DNA of 64,000 nucleotides from Phoronis australis (taxonomy: Eukaryota > Animalia > Phoronida): assembly GCA_002633005.1 (NCBI GenBank), contig NMRA01000129.1, forward strand, positions 810,570-874,569, read 5' to 3'. A program made the translations under genes and the position numbers. Every line of letters begins with the position of its first letter. Within the stretch, counting starts at the first letter, position 1. This document shows positions 62,163 through 64,000 of this stretch, in pieces. A model generated the notes under the pieces. It was not told the origin of the DNA. It made no database searches and saw nothing but the letters and a program-made list of their open reading frames with translations.

Positions 62163-63232
62163 GTGCGTAGAATTGCGCTGTGTTCCGTAGACACAAGACT
62201 ACCCAAAAACGTGAAAATGAATCTTTTTCGGGTTAAGTTGGGACCTTAACATAATGGCAGTCACTTGAGTTATTGGTCGGTGATGTATGAATATTGAATT
62301 ACAGGGCAGAATTCACTGTTCTCGTTTCGTAAGGCAAGACTTTTCGCCGCAAGTGCTTCGCCGTGAGAGTCTGGGGTCTACGGAACGCATCCGGATTTGT
62401 CATTCACGATGGAGAGAGAAACATTCATCTCCTACGTCATTCTTCCTCGTGACGCGTGTAGTGCACAGACAAATAATTACTGAGGCACTTGCGTATCTAA
62501 AATGCTTATATCCTCGTGATACTCTTTGCTGGTGAAAATGGAAAACAAATGATTCATTTTTTCTTAATGATATTCAGTTTCCAAAACACAAACTATAAAC
62601 TACGTCAGCCAACCATATTAACTAATTCTGAAATATTTCCAAATTATGTCAAATACGTTTTCCATCCCTTGACAGATTATTTGGTTTGTTCGCCCACCTT
62701 TTTTACAAAACTGGACCGCTTCATACACATCACATACGATCTTTCGTCTCCTTTTAATGATTAAAATCAATTACTGTTATGCCCAGAGAATAGTTTGCTA
62801 TCGAGTTTTTTTATCATTTTTCTTTTATTTTCTTAATTTGAATAACCAATAGTCTGAGTTTCCCCCACCATACTTAACAATTGTTCTTAACAATCGTTTA
62901 GTAGAAGATTCATTGTGAATATAAAATGGAACAGGGTTCTACATAAAAACAAAAAAAGACTTGTAAAAATAGTTACTTTGGCAGGTATGTTTAACAATCA
63001 TTTAAAAGTGTTAGGGAATTGTGTAAAATTAACTGTAGATCTGAGAAAACAAGTATTATTTAAGTAGAAGGTATTGTCTGACTCATTGTAATATTTTAAA
63101 GTGACATAAGTCCATGTGATTGGGGATATTCACGTACAGTTATTCGTCTTTACTTGTGAATCCATGTCAGTACATACAATATTAATTTATGTGTAAAATA
63201 CAAGAAAGTGTTCTGTACTTTTCTGATTAAAG

Positions 63233-63294
63233 GAGAGGGAGGGAGAGAGAGAGAGAGGGAGGGAGAGAGAGAGGGGGAGAGAGAAGGGGAGAGA
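63233..63294. repeat. polypurine (GA/GGA) tract
   Basis: Direct reading. Confidence 0.85.
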
Positions 63295-63473
63295 CGGGGT
63301 CAGAGCACAAAAAATCTACCTCTAATAGAGCATTCATCATTGACCATCTTGTCTAATTCCAAATTCTGTGAATAAATACATTTTTCGCAGCAACAACATA
63401 GTTCTATTTCCTTTTTAACAAAAATAAATTGTGAGGACCACCTTTGAGACGTTGCTTATACAAATTTGATTTC

Positions 63474-63658
63474 CACAAATTTCGTTAAAAACACGACTAG
63501 ACTTTTTGTTTGCAAGATTGATACTGGTACGCTCGTAGTTTCGGAATAGTCTCCTTTCTTCAGAATGCAGGTATGTAGTAAATGAGACTGTTCCTACGAG
63601 CGTACCAGTATCAAGCGTGCAAACGAAAAATCTAGTCGTGTTTTTAACGAAGTTTGTG
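63474..63658. repeat. foldback/palindromic element
   Basis: ~80-bp arms (cacaaatttcgttaaaaacacgactaga...tgatactggtacgctcgtag) nearly perfectly inverted around a ~25-nt spacer. Confidence 0.85.
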
Positions 63659-64000
63659 TAAACGAAGGGCTTCTACCGAACTATATCAAATGTAATTTCC
63701 AAAGACCAACTAAAACTGTCCCTAGGAGTCAATAAGTTATATACTTCTCAAAAAGTTGCCGACCATGTTTCAGTCGAATGTCTACAGACAAAGCCGATTA
63801 TTGGCGATGTGGAGTATTGGGTAGCTATAATCTCAATAACACAACCCATTTTGTTTTATGAGTCTGGTCAGAGACTATAACTTCGAGAAGTCCACCTTAC
63901 CCAACAATAATTTCAAAAAGGCGTTTCTCGGCCGTAAAACCGATAATATCTCTTTAACAGAAATGAAGCAGTCAGCGACTCCCGTCGGGACTGAACAACA

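Noticed and set aside
62676-62852. Candidate exon 3 of the tetraspanin
   Set aside because: Translation lacks the expected end of TM4 and RYLQT-like motif; AT-rich non-coding appearance.

Overview
Intron-rich, AT-rich eukaryotic (animal, probably invertebrate) genomic DNA; the ORF track is mostly noise, so genes were rebuilt by hand from GT-AG exons. Four protein-coding genes: (1) 5' part of a type I PI4P 5-kinase (PIP5K1) on the minus strand, running off the left edge; (2) an Akt/PKB gene on the plus strand (26389-37608), head-to-head with PIP5K1, whose ATP-binding-lobe exon is missing and probably lies in a 603-N gap; (3) a complete 8-exon, 324-aa 2OG-Fe(II) dioxygenase on the minus strand (44076-57243); (4) the first two exons of a peripherin-2/ROM1-like tetraspanin. 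Mobile DNA includes a TTAA-flanked Kolobok-like element whose long inverted repeats each carry a THAP-domain start, two Penelope-like retroelement copies with three minimal hammerhead ribozyme motifs (one copy a foldback, one interrupted by a nested insertion), several MITEs, minisatellites and a ~1 kb probable haplotype duplication. No database searches were run; family calls rest on recognised motifs.
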